Assembly: GCA_001724265.1 (NCBI GenBank)
Contig: MEDY01000131.1
Coordinates: 48,565-68,564 of the forward strand
Direction: 5' to 3'
DNA from: Rhizaria sp. SCN 62-66
Taxonomy: Eukaryota
Length of the DNA: 20,000 nucleotides
Positions 1 to 9,931 of the stretch are shown piece after piece. How positions within the stretch are numbered: position 1 is the stretch's first letter; every line of letters begins with the position of its first letter. The notes below the pieces were generated by a model. The model had not been told where the DNA came from. It saw only the letters and a program-made list of their open reading frames with translations, and did not search any database. The position numbers and the translations under genes were made by a program.

Positions 1-93
1 AATGAGAGTAGTACAACAAATGAGTTTATGGTTTGGACCGATACAGAGCTGATGAGAACGAATATTCCTAAATAACGTTAGTTCGATGCGTAC
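1..93 (-). other. 5' part of a spliceosomal intron (runs off window)
   Basis: CAG|GTACGC donor, similar to the GTACGT donor of the CFAP77 intron, with an abrupt change to AT-rich sequence. Confidence 0.75.
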
Positions 94-345
94 CTGGTGT
101 TTTGCGCGGAAGACCCACGCGCGCAGCGGCGTGCGCACAGTGAATACTAGCTCTCCTCGCGCCAGTCCGCGCGCGTCGAGCTCCACGGCGGCGTGCCGCA
201 GCAGCGCGAAGTCGGCGGGCGTCTTGGCGCGCGACGAGTGGTAGATGAACAGCGTACCGCTGAGGAGCACGCAGTAGTAGTCGCGGTACGCGTGGGGGGC
301 CGACGCCGGCGAAGGGGCGACGCGTACCGAGCCCGCTGGCAGCAG
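94..345 (-). other. PH domain (beta strands; C-terminal helix expected in the next exon)
   Basis: Translation LLPAGSVRV...AYRDYYCVLLSGTLFIYHSSRAKTPADFALLRHAAVELDARGLARGELVFTVRTPLRAWVFRAKHQ matches the PH pattern (R.Y.VL...L.Y; F.V.TP.R.W.F.A). Confidence 0.8.
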
Positions 346-3300
346 CGCGTCGGGCGCCGCCGGGGGCGCGATCACGGTGACGCTCCGACCGCCGCGATCG
401 CCGCGACTGCCGCGGTCGCCGGCGCCAGAACGACGGTGCTGTCGCCGCTGCCGCCGCCCGGAGGCCGAGGCAGACGCTGACAGCGACGACAAGCGCGCGC
501 CCAAAAACACCGCGCTGAGCTGCTGTTGCGGTGGGGCTGAGCCTAAGCGCCGGTCACCGGTCGCACTTCCCGCCGCCGCACTCGCACTGCCGCAGCCGCC
601 GTTGCAGCAGCCTGGCGGGAGAGAGAGTGCGACGCCCGTCAGCGCGGACCCAGACGCGGCGAGCTCCGGCACTGCGCAGGCGGCGGCGGGGTTCACCACA
701 AGCGCGGGCGCCGGCCCCGCCAGACCGGCGCCGACCACGGCGCCCGGCTGCGACTGGTACAGGATCGTCGCGGCGGCCAGCGAGGCGGCCAGCGCAGTAG
801 AGCCCGCGGCGGGCGCGCCGCCGATCACCACGGACGACGCGGACGCCGCGGCAACGGACGCCGCGGCGGCGGCGGCGGCAGACGCCGACTGGCCGGTCTG
901 CCCGCCCGCGGCGGCGGCGACGGTGGCGGCGCTGTTGGCCGACGCCTGGCCCGCGGCGGTCGCCGTTGCAGCGGCCGTCACCGGCAGCGTGAGCGCGCCG
1001 GCGCCCGCGCTGGCCACGGCAACGGCGGGCAGCGGCGGTGGCGGCATAAGACCGGTGTCGCCACCCGCCACCGCGCGCGCCGCTCTCGCAGCAACCTTGG
1101 CCGCCGCAGCCGCGCTGCCACCAGCGCCGCCACTGCCAGTCGAGTTTCTGTTGCTGTTCGCGGTGGCAGCGACTAGCGCGGCGGCGGCCTGCGCGGCGTT
1201 TTTGTACACCGCCGAGTCCGCCGCGGCGCCAGAGCCGGTGCTGTCCTCGAGCGCGAGTCCCAGATACGGTGCTGACAGCAAGTGCAGTCCGGGCGGCAGC
1301 TGCAGCATGAGCACGCCGCTGCGGTCCTTGGCACGAGAAAAGACCGGCAGACGCGAGAGCGACGGGCGCGGCGGCTCGACGGCGGGCAGCGCGGAGCCCG
1401 CGGCGGCAGCCACGGCGTTGGCCGCGCCCGCCGCCGCCAGCGCAGCCGAGTAGTCAGGCGCACTGGCGTGCGCCGCGGGCAGCAGCAGAGGCTGGATCAG
1501 CGCGGCGGCGGCTGCCCAGGCCTGGTCGACCGCGGCCGAGCCCCCGCCTACAGTCCCGTTATAAACCGCGCCGCTGTTGGTGCCGCTTGTGTTGGTACTA
1601 CTGCCGGAGTTTGTCGCAGCAGCCGCGGTTGGGGCGAAGCCACCGCCGGTCGCGGCCACGGTGGCAGCGCGCGACGCCGCGGACGCTGCGACCGAAGCCG
1701 CTACCGCAGAGGACGCGGCCGCAGAGGACGCGGCTGCCGCGGCCGCGGGCGAGGGCGCTGTCGTGGCTGCCGCGGCGGCCGCGGCGGCGACGGCTGCGGC
1801 GGCGGTGGCCGCGGGCGAGGTCTCGGCCGCGCGCGGCGTGATATCGAGAAACTGAGGTAAGATCGCGATCTGCGCGATGGTTTGCTCCGCGAGCGATGGC
1901 AGTGCAAGCCGCCACGCGCGCTGCTTGCCGCGCCACTGCGCGCCTGTGCACGCCGCAGCGAGCTCGCGGCGCGCGGGCAGCAGCAGCTGGCGCAGCGCGC
2001 GCGGCGACTGCACGCGGATCATCAGCGCGGCGCCGTCTGTCACGAGCCAAGCGGCGCAGAAGTTAGGCCGCATGCGCAGAGTGCGCCGCAGCGCGGCGAC
2101 GGCGTCGAGACGGCGCTGGCGCATGGCTGCGATGTCGTCGAGCAGCGCTGAGATGGCGTGGCGCATCATGTTGTACTCGTTGCTGAGCCGGATCACGACG
2201 CCGCGGTAGTGTTCGATGCGTTCCCGCTGGTCAGGAGTCAGTCGGAGCTGGCCGTTGGGCTGAGCAGCACCCAGAGCACCAGCGGCATTACCAGCGTTGG
2301 CACCTGCACCGGCGTTCGCAGCGCCGGCAGCAGCGCCAGGAGCAGCAGGCGCAGCGTCGGGGCCAGGGCCGGGGCCCGGTCCGCCACCGCCAGCCGCCGC
2401 CGCAGCATTGTTGTTATTCGGGTTATTGTTGTTGTTATCAGCAGCGCCGTTGGCATTATTCGCGTTGTTATTAGCGTTTGCATTGTTGATATTGGCATTG
2501 TTCGTGGCGGCATCCGCAGCAGCCTGCGCGAGCAAGAACTGCTCGTACTGCCCCATCTCCCTCTGTGCCGACTGCAACTTATCCCGTTTCGCATCAGACT
2601 CGGCCTCGTACTTGCGCACGCGCTCCGCATACGCGCGGCTCTGCTTGTCAACATCGTGCAGCTGTTTGAACGCCTGCGCAGCCTCGCCGGCCTCAGTCGT
2701 CCGCACCAGCCTCTGCAGCGCGTGGGACAGTTCAGACCCCGTATAGTGGCGCTCGGCGAGCCAGTACCGCATCTCGCTCTCTTCGTCGCCGCTCGCCAGG
2801 GCGGCAAGAGACAGCGGCGCGGAGTCGGCCGCGCTCACAGCCGCAGCGAAGGCCGCGATGCCCGCCGCGTCGCCCGCGCGTGGCAGAGGGAGGCCAAGCG
2901 CGGCGGCCACGGCGGCGGGGCGCGCGCCCAGACTGGGGTCCAGCGCGGCCGTGGGGGACCGAAACAGCCAGCGCCAGAACGCTCGCGGAGACGCAGCCGC
3001 AGCGCGCAGCTCGGCCGACGGAAACACCACCGCGCCCGAGCCAGCGCCAGAGCCTGCGCCAGAGCCAGCGGCGGATATCTGGGCTCGGAGCTGCACGAAG
3101 CGCCGGGCAGCAAGTGCACCATAAAAGCTACCGCACGGACTGGAGAGCACGCGCAGAGACGGCATGGTCTCCTCGTCGCTCTCACTCTCGGCGTCGTCGT
3201 CGTCGCTGTCGGCGCCGGTCAAGCCGCGGCGCTCGGGGTTGTTGTTGTTGTTCTGTTTGCTGCTGCAGTTCTTGTTGTTGTTGAAACCGCGCGTACTGCC

Positions 3301-5097
3301 ATTGCCCCCGTTGCTGGTGTTGGTGTGCGCGTGTGCGCAGTGTCGTGACGCGCACCTGAGCGACGAGACGGCGAGCGGCCCCGGCTGCGGCGAGAACGCG
3401 GGGTCATAAGCACCGCGTAAGGACAGCGGCACCGTCACACCCAGCGGCGCCCCAGCCCCAGCGCCAGCGCCAGCGCTGCCGCCAGAGACAGGCGCGGACA
3501 GGCCGCCGTGCGTTGCGGAGACCGAGGCGGCGGCGTCCGCGGCACGCGTGATCGCGAATTCCAGAGCTTTACGGCGGATGTACGGGTACGGCTCTTCCTC
3601 CAGTCTGCGCTCCTCCTCGTCCTCGTCGTCATCGTCACCCACCCTGGTGCTGTCGTTGTGGTGAGGGGCGTTGTTAGACCTCAGGTTGCGGGTGTTAGCG
3701 CGCGTGATGAGCGCAAGTTTGTCGATTTTTGCGTCCTCCTCGTCACTCAAAGCCCACTCAAGCGGGTCCGGGTCTGTCTCCGCCGCAGCCTCCGCCGCCG
3801 CCGCCGCCGCAGCCGCCATTGCCTCGGGTGCGCTCGTCGCGCGGGCGACAACTGCGGCCCTGGCGGCGGCGCGGCGCGCGGCGGCCTGCGTCGCCCGCTC
3901 CCGCACCTCATGGTCACACACGAATGCGCCTGCACCGGGGTCCGCTGCGAGCCAGCGCACGGGCGCCGACGAGGTTGCGCGGCCGAGCGCGCCCACAGCG
4001 ATGCGGTGCTGCAGCGCGGCGGGGTCGCGCGTGGCGTCGAGCGCGCGCTCGCGGTGCTCAATCCACGAGTGCGGAGTCACAGTCACTTCGGCCCAGTGCG
4101 CGCGCCAGCGCGGCGCGTCTTGCAGGATCTCGACGGGCAGCAGCGCCAGCGGCGGCGGCGGCGCGGCCACGCGCGTCGACGGGTCGGAGAAGTCCAGCGG
4201 CGCCAGCTCAGGGGAGTCGGACTGCGGCTGAGGCTGCGGGAACTGCAGCGCGCCTCCGTCCATCGCTGTCGCAGTGGCTGCAGTCGCAGCCGCCGTCGCA
4301 TTCGTCGGGGCAATGCTCGCGTGCACTGCGTTGCTGCTCTGCGTATTGGAGCCGTGGCTTTTATTGTTGTTAGTGGTGGGCTCGCGGAGAGCGCGGAGGG
4401 CGCGTAAGTGCGATGTCATATCCACACTGGGGGAGAAGAAATGGATGAAAAGGCCCGGGTGGTCAGGCGCGCACAGCGGCGTTGACGCGCGCAGCGCCGC
4501 AGACGCAGTGGCAGAGCCGCTGTCGCGCTCGGGGCTCGAGGACTTGCTGCAATCTGATACTGACGTCGACGACGATGATGGAGGAGGTGGAGGGAAGAGG
4601 TGCACTGAGGGCGGGGCGGGACGTGCCTTATGCGACGCGAAACCAATTGCGGGAAGCCCAAGACGCACACCATCGCAATCGTATGCGCCCGGGCTATGTA
4701 TTGCAGATGATTGAGCGGAGTTGGTCGAGTTTTGCTGGCGCGCCTGCGTCGTGAGGTGGACGGGGGTGCTGACGGGCAGCGTCAGCGCGGGGGGCGCGTG
4801 CAGAGCCGCCAGCGCGGCGTCCAGCCCCGGTGGAAAGGTGGACGAAATCACGTGCATCGGGTCGTACAGCAGCGACTCCGGGGGCGGCAGCGGGAGCGAG
4901 GCCGCGGCGGCAGAGACCGAGACGGAACCGCTGGGCTGCGACGCGCCTGTCGACACTGGGGCAGACGCCGACGCCGACAGGGCGCGCGGGGACAGCGCCC
5001 CCAACGCAAGCGGGGAACGCATAGGACTCAAAGCAAGGCCATTACCGCGGGTTCGTGGGCTGGCTGAGCCATCCCGCTGGTGTGGGGGCGAGAACAT
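94..5097 (-). CDS. Large exon (1668 codons) of an Ala/Ser/Pro-rich protein with coiled-coil-like segments and a C-terminal PH domain; gene continues beyond the left edge
   Basis: Read manually: the minus frame aligned to plus triplets starting at 1,4,7... has no TAA/TAG/TGA from 5187 to base 1. First ATG is at 5097 (MFSPPHQRDGS...). Third codon positions are GC-biased. The exon ends at CAG|GTACGC (94|93). The 5' end may instead be a splice acceptor near 5146 (tttaac...cctag). Confidence 0.85.
2407..2502 (-). repeat. Coding AAC/AAT-rich low-complexity tract (Asn/Ala-rich); a second poly-Asn tract at 3238-3285
   Basis: Runs of gtt/att triplets on the plus strand, in frame with the minus-strand exon. 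Confidence 0.7.
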
Positions 5098-6436
5098 GAC
5101 CCAAGAAGCGGTGGGCAATGCCTGCTGTGGTGGTCTCTGAGAGTGGCTAGGATTGATGCAAGATATGGGAAGGTTAAACAATCGACTTTAGAAATACACT
5201 AAGATATTTCAACTATATCAGTCGACTTATGCAAGACATGTACGCATATATTTCGTTTGACGGTCCTCATGATGAGCTGAATGGGGTACAAAAAGTCCGC
5301 TTTTTGAGAGCCCTTGGCGTTGCCAGGAACCAAGCATCTCGAGACGAAGCAGCGATATTTGCAAATTATGTTGCATACTGGCATGTGTCTTTTGAAAGTG
5401 GTCATTATCAACAGTAACTTGCAACTATTTATTTGCTCTACTATTACGAACGCGCTTTTGAATTTGAATAACGCTACTTCTCGTGAAGAAATACTGGGAA
5501 ACGTGACCATAGTCGCCTCATTGTCAACACTCGAAATGATGATATGCGATCAAATGTAGATATATATGCAGTCAATTTGAATCTCTGTTTACTATTAGCG
5601 TTGGAATTGCTGTTTTATGTTGATTATGCATATGTTTTTACTTAAAGCAAACCGTGATCGCGAAATATCTCGGTCAATTTTGTTTGCTTCAAGTCATCAT
5701 ATTTGCGTCTGCGTATGAAAGACGATTATTATTATTGGCACTTCGCGTTGAGTAGACAAACTCTAGGAAGCCAAATAATGCATCTATTCTAAATAAATCG
5801 TATATTATGTGTATGCCGCAACTTATCCTTGTGGCTCATCAGGACTTGTGCTTCTGTGGATCGGTAAAGAGTAACTGACAATCTGCTTCGACAAAATGAC
5901 TGGCTCACCGGATAGCACAAGGTCCTACGATAAAAACACTTTGCAGAAATAATTGTACTGGTGTCACAAATATTTTAAGAGTTCTCGAATTTTCAAAGCT
6001 CATGTCTGCATCTCTGGGTCTCATGGATTGTGATTTTGCGTCGAGGGGACGACTGTGAGCAGCTCGATGATGCTTCCAACTCGCTTCGCCGAGAAATCCA
6101 CTCTCTCCGTATCTATTCGGTCTCTAAGTCTCGTATACGTAATACTGCATATGATCAACACGACACTTACTTATATTCTACTTAACCTTCATGCCGGCAA
6201 CGATTATGCTGCATAACAGTCTTCCGAAGCATGACTGGATGAGCACTGGAGCCGACTTGAAGTTTTGTCGGAAATCCGCATTCATCGCAGCCCACATAGC
6301 TCACTGAAAGAAACCGCTGTGTTGGCATCCAATTTACTTGTTTTAGTACCTTTTATTGCCGAGCCCGCATTGCTCTGCGGAGAAGCCAGAGTGATCACGC
6401 CAAGCTTTTTAGTTTGCTCCCCACAACTTGGCAATC

Positions 6437-9400
6437 ATGTCTTCTCCAAGCCTGACTCCAAGTCATGCTGCGGCACCGGCAGCACATGTTGTCTCGTCGC
6501 CAGACGACGTGAACAGCAAGCTCTTGTCCACCGGGCCATGTGCGCTTATTGCAACTGCTCCTCTTCAGCGTCCTCATAGTTTGACGCTCCGCGCTTCGTC
6601 AACTGGCTCCAACGGCAGCTCCGGCTGCTCAAGCTCTGGCTCTCATGCCAGCTCTAACCACAACAACAGCTCAAGCACATCAATCTCGGTTACAATCTTG
6701 CAGCGCACTAGCCCGCTCATGTGTCCACCAGCGAGCGCGCCACACACCCTACATCATCCGACAACACGCCTCTTCGCAGCCGTCCCTCCAGCCACCGTCC
6801 CAGCCGCTCCCACAGTTCAGGCGTTCTCTTTCCCGACGCCAAACAACAGCTCGACCGGCGTGGGCAACAGTTCGTCGTCAACACATGGCAACCACGCGGC
6901 GCCTGAGCGTTCCCGCGCTCCTGCCAGGCTCGCGACGCCGCTGGACACGGATCTGTGCAGCGACGCTGTTTCTGACTACGGCAACAAAAACCGAGGCGAT
7001 GATGTTACAGCCATAACTGAAGCCACAACTGCAGAGCCGACGCTAGCGCGCGAGTCCGTGCTTCTGACAGACACAGCGCATGTACGTGAGGCTGCGCTGC
7101 GCGAGCGCGCTGTTCGCGAGGCTGCGCTACTACAGCAACAGCAACTGCAGTTGCAACAGCGACAGCAGCAAGCTCATGACCAGCCTCAGCCAGCGGCCGC
7201 ACTGCCGCAAGAGCCGATGTCGCAACAGCTTCTGTCCGCACAGCAGCAGCAAGACACCGCGGCGTTGCGTGAGGTCGCATTGCTGCAAGAGACAGCACTG
7301 TTACGAGAGTCAGAATCGCCGCACACGCGTGATATCATCACAGAGCCGGTGTTACTGCGTGAGCCAGTCTTGCCCCACCATGCAACGCAAAACCCTCAAG
7401 TGGCAATGACGCAGCCGCATGGGACGGCGCCGCTGCGGTCGGTTGCAGCGTCGCCAATATACCGCGCGTTTGACGTCCCCAGTCGCGCGAGCTCGCACTC
7501 GCACGCGCACTCACGCGTAAACTCGCACGCGCATCCTCATAGTGCGCATGCTGGTACTCAGCAGCATGTGAACTCTTTGCAGGTGCACAACGCCAACGCT
7601 GGCCTGGAGCACAGTCGTCATAAGAACGTCACGCCCAACAATCTCGGCGGAAGCATCTCGGTTGCCGCGGCGCCGACAGCAGCGCCATGCTCTGTGTGCA
7701 AGAAGCCGTCTGTTGCGTCGTCGCTGCCGTTGTCACCGCATTACATCTCAACCGCGCCAGGGCTAACTTCGACAACACGTCCTCCCATTTCGCCGCAACT
7801 AATGCGTCAGCCGTTGTTGGGAATTAGTTCTCGGTCGCCTTGCTGTGGCCGTCCTCATTACGTCCACAGCGCGAGCGTAAAGGCGGGCCTCCACGTTAAC
7901 ACAAACGTTAACAGCGACATTGCATCAAACGTCAACACTATGTCAAGTACACACAGCTCAGATGCAACCACCCATGTGTGCGTCAACACAGCCAAAGAGC
8001 GGCGTACTGGCACAAGTACCACGGCGATTCCGACCACTGAGCGTGGCAGCAGCACTGAGCACTCAACGGTATCAGAGCGCGCAGCTCTGGCGCGCCGCAC
8101 CAGTAGCGGCGCCAGCTTCAGCAGCGGCAGTATTCGGTCGCCGGCTGACATATCAGTAGCGCCAGCTTTGGGAACGGCAACGCCGACGACAGGCACACCG
8201 TCCGAGATCTCTGCGTTGCGCGTGTTTGTGCCCGTGTCGACGTCGTTTTCCGGCGCTGGCTTGCTGTCATCTGCGCGGTCACAGCGGTCGCTGGCTTCTA
8301 CGAAGCCCGAGTCGCCGCTGCTGTTTGTGTCACCGCACCAGTCTGAGACACCGGCGACAAGCACTGGTCTTGGTGCTTTGTCACAATCGCCGAGCACGGG
8401 GACAGTGGGAGGTGAGAGGCCTGGACAGCTGCGCACACACAGTCTTAACTTTGGCCCTGATCACGACACCATTGAAGAGATCGGTGAAATTGAGGCTATC
8501 ACCACTGATGACGGTGATGAAGATGATGGTCATATCAGCGCGTTTCCTTTCACAACGACATCGTCTCCTGCTAAGGCTACCGTCTTTACAGCGGTAGCCA
8601 CAGATGCGAATGAGACGCGTGCAAGTGCAGCGCATGAACTTGGTAACGTCGCAAACAAGGCTGAGGCAGCTGCACTGGCGGCGCGCACACATCTTGCAAT
8701 GACTGTAGCAAGGGAAATTAACACCGCACTTGAGAAAGAATTGGCGAAGCCGAGTCCGCCTCGAGGCTATTCGCACGGTCACCAAAGCTACACGCACGCA
8801 CAAACTCACAGTCACCACCTGCATTATGTACACAGTCAGAATCAGAGTCATGCCAAGGTTCACGGCCACCACGGTCATGGATACAGCCACGGTTATCATG
8901 ATGGGGTGCATCACAAGGCTGAGCAGGATCATGGGCAGCATGACAGTGTTTTTGAGAAGGAACGCAGCTTTAGTAGCAACTGCAGCCCTCACAGCCGCCA
9001 TGGAGACGAGCACGCCCACCATGTTCACCATCACCATCGCAGTAGCAGCAAAGACAAAGGCACATCGCCTCAAAGCGAGCATACGCCGCACTCAATAAAC
9101 TCGCGCGTTGACGTTCATTTGAAGTCAAAATCCGAGTCCCCGTTACAACCGCAGTCGCACTCAGCGATGCAGTCGCAGGCGCAGTCTCAGCCGCCTGCGG
9201 TTACGCTCTTCTTTCCAACCGCCAAATCTCCAGCTGCTCCAACTGCTCCGCGGCTGCGGCCAAAGCTTGCGCCCCTGCGCATTGCACAGTCGAGTGAAAT
9301 TATCTTCGCAACCGCGCTGCCGACACCGAGTGCGCGGGTGCCTTGTGCAGGCTTGCCAACGAGCAAGGGTGGTGGCGCTTTTGCGTTTCCAATCCCCGCT

Positions 9401-9811
9401 GCCAGCGCAAGCAGCAGCACTGCAAACGCATCAACAGTAGCGAACGCATCTCCGGGAGTTAACGCGCAAACAACGACTTCCGCTAGCTTAGCTCTACTGC
9501 CGCCAACATCAAGGCGCCCCGCGCCGCTTGCATTGCCAACTGCACCGGTAGCTGTTGCCGTCCCTATGACGGCCGTCGCGCGCGCAACTCCAGCGCCGCT
9601 GCAGCCGCGGCCAACGCCACTTATGACGCCGCAGCACCTCCGCATAGGTCCGCCGCATAAGCTGTTAACGCGTGATGCTGTGACTGGGGCGATAACTCCA
9701 CAAACTAAGTGCAAGACCGGAAAACAGGGTGTGTTTGCGTTTCCCGATCCCGGCGCTGCTGCAGCGCCGCTGTTGTTAGTGCAAGTGCGTCCGTCGCCGC
9801 GGGGTCAGTAG
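6437..9811 (+). CDS. 1124-aa disordered Ser/Ala/Thr/His/Gln-rich ORF; probably the N-terminal part of the downstream PP2C gene
   Basis: First ATG at 6437 (MSSPSLTPSH...). Ends at TAG 9809-9811, but the same frame stays open from 9812 to 16216 with no visible change in base composition. Confidence 0.75.
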   Translation: MSSPSLTPSHAAAPAAHVVSSPDDVNSKLLSTGPCALIATAPLQRPHSLTLRASSTGSNGSSGCSSSGSHASSNHNNSSSTSISVTILQRTSPLMCPPASAPHTLHHPTTRLFAAVPPATVPAAPTVQAFSFPTPNNSSTGVGNSSSSTHGNHAAPERSRAPARLATPLDTDLCSDAVSDYGNKNRGDDVTAITEATTAEPTLARESVLLTDTAHVREAALRERAVREAALLQQQQLQLQQRQQQAHDQPQPAAALPQEPMSQQLLSAQQQQDTAALREVALLQETALLRESESPHTRDIITEPVLLREPVLPHHATQNPQVAMTQPHGTAPLRSVAASPIYRAFDVPSRASSHSHAHSRVNSHAHPHSAHAGTQQHVNSLQVHNANAGLEHSRHKNVTPNNLGGSISVAAAPTAAPCSVCKKPSVASSLPLSPHYISTAPGLTSTTRPPISPQLMRQPLLGISSRSPCCGRPHYVHSASVKAGLHVNTNVNSDIASNVNTMSSTHSSDATTHVCVNTAKERRTGTSTTAIPTTERGSSTEHSTVSERAALARRTSSGASFSSGSIRSPADISVAPALGTATPTTGTPSEISALRVFVPVSTSFSGAGLLSSARSQRSLASTKPESPLLFVSPHQSETPATSTGLGALSQSPSTGTVGGERPGQLRTHSLNFGPDHDTIEEIGEIEAITTDDGDEDDGHISAFPFTTTSSPAKATVFTAVATDANETRASAAHELGNVANKAEAAALAARTHLAMTVAREINTALEKELAKPSPPRGYSHGHQSYTHAQTHSHHLHYVHSQNQSHAKVHGHHGHGYSHGYHDGVHHKAEQDHGQHDSVFEKERSFSSNCSPHSRHGDEHAHHVHHHHRSSSKDKGTSPQSEHTPHSINSRVDVHLKSKSESPLQPQSHSAMQSQAQSQPPAVTLFFPTAKSPAAPTAPRLRPKLAPLRIAQSSEIIFATALPTPSARVPCAGLPTSKGGGAFAFPIPAASASSSTANASTVANASPGVNAQTTTSASLALLPPTSRRPAPLALPTAPVAVAVPMTAVARATPAPLQPRPTPLMTPQHLRIGPPHKLLTRDAVTGAITPQTKCKTGKQGVFAFPDPGAAAAPLLLVQVRPSPRGQ

Positions 9812-9931
9812 TCGAGTATAGCTGAAGCAAGCAAGCTGCAGGTTTGTCTTCAACGGCGCGAGACAAAGCGCGGCAGCAACAGCGCAGCTATCGACATCGC
9901 AGGTGCGTCAACGACAGCCAGTGCAGCGACG

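Noticed and set aside
193-5140. Many plus-strand ORFs (e.g. 377-1453, 2158-3348, 3508-4407) and short off-frame minus ORFs
   Set aside because: Shadow ORFs of the GC-rich minus-strand exon; Arg/Ala-rich translations with no recognisable motifs.
5178-5559. Overlapping short ORFs in the divergent spacer that look vaguely protein-like
   Set aside because: AT-rich, no motif, and codon usage unlike the real genes; cannot be supported without a search.
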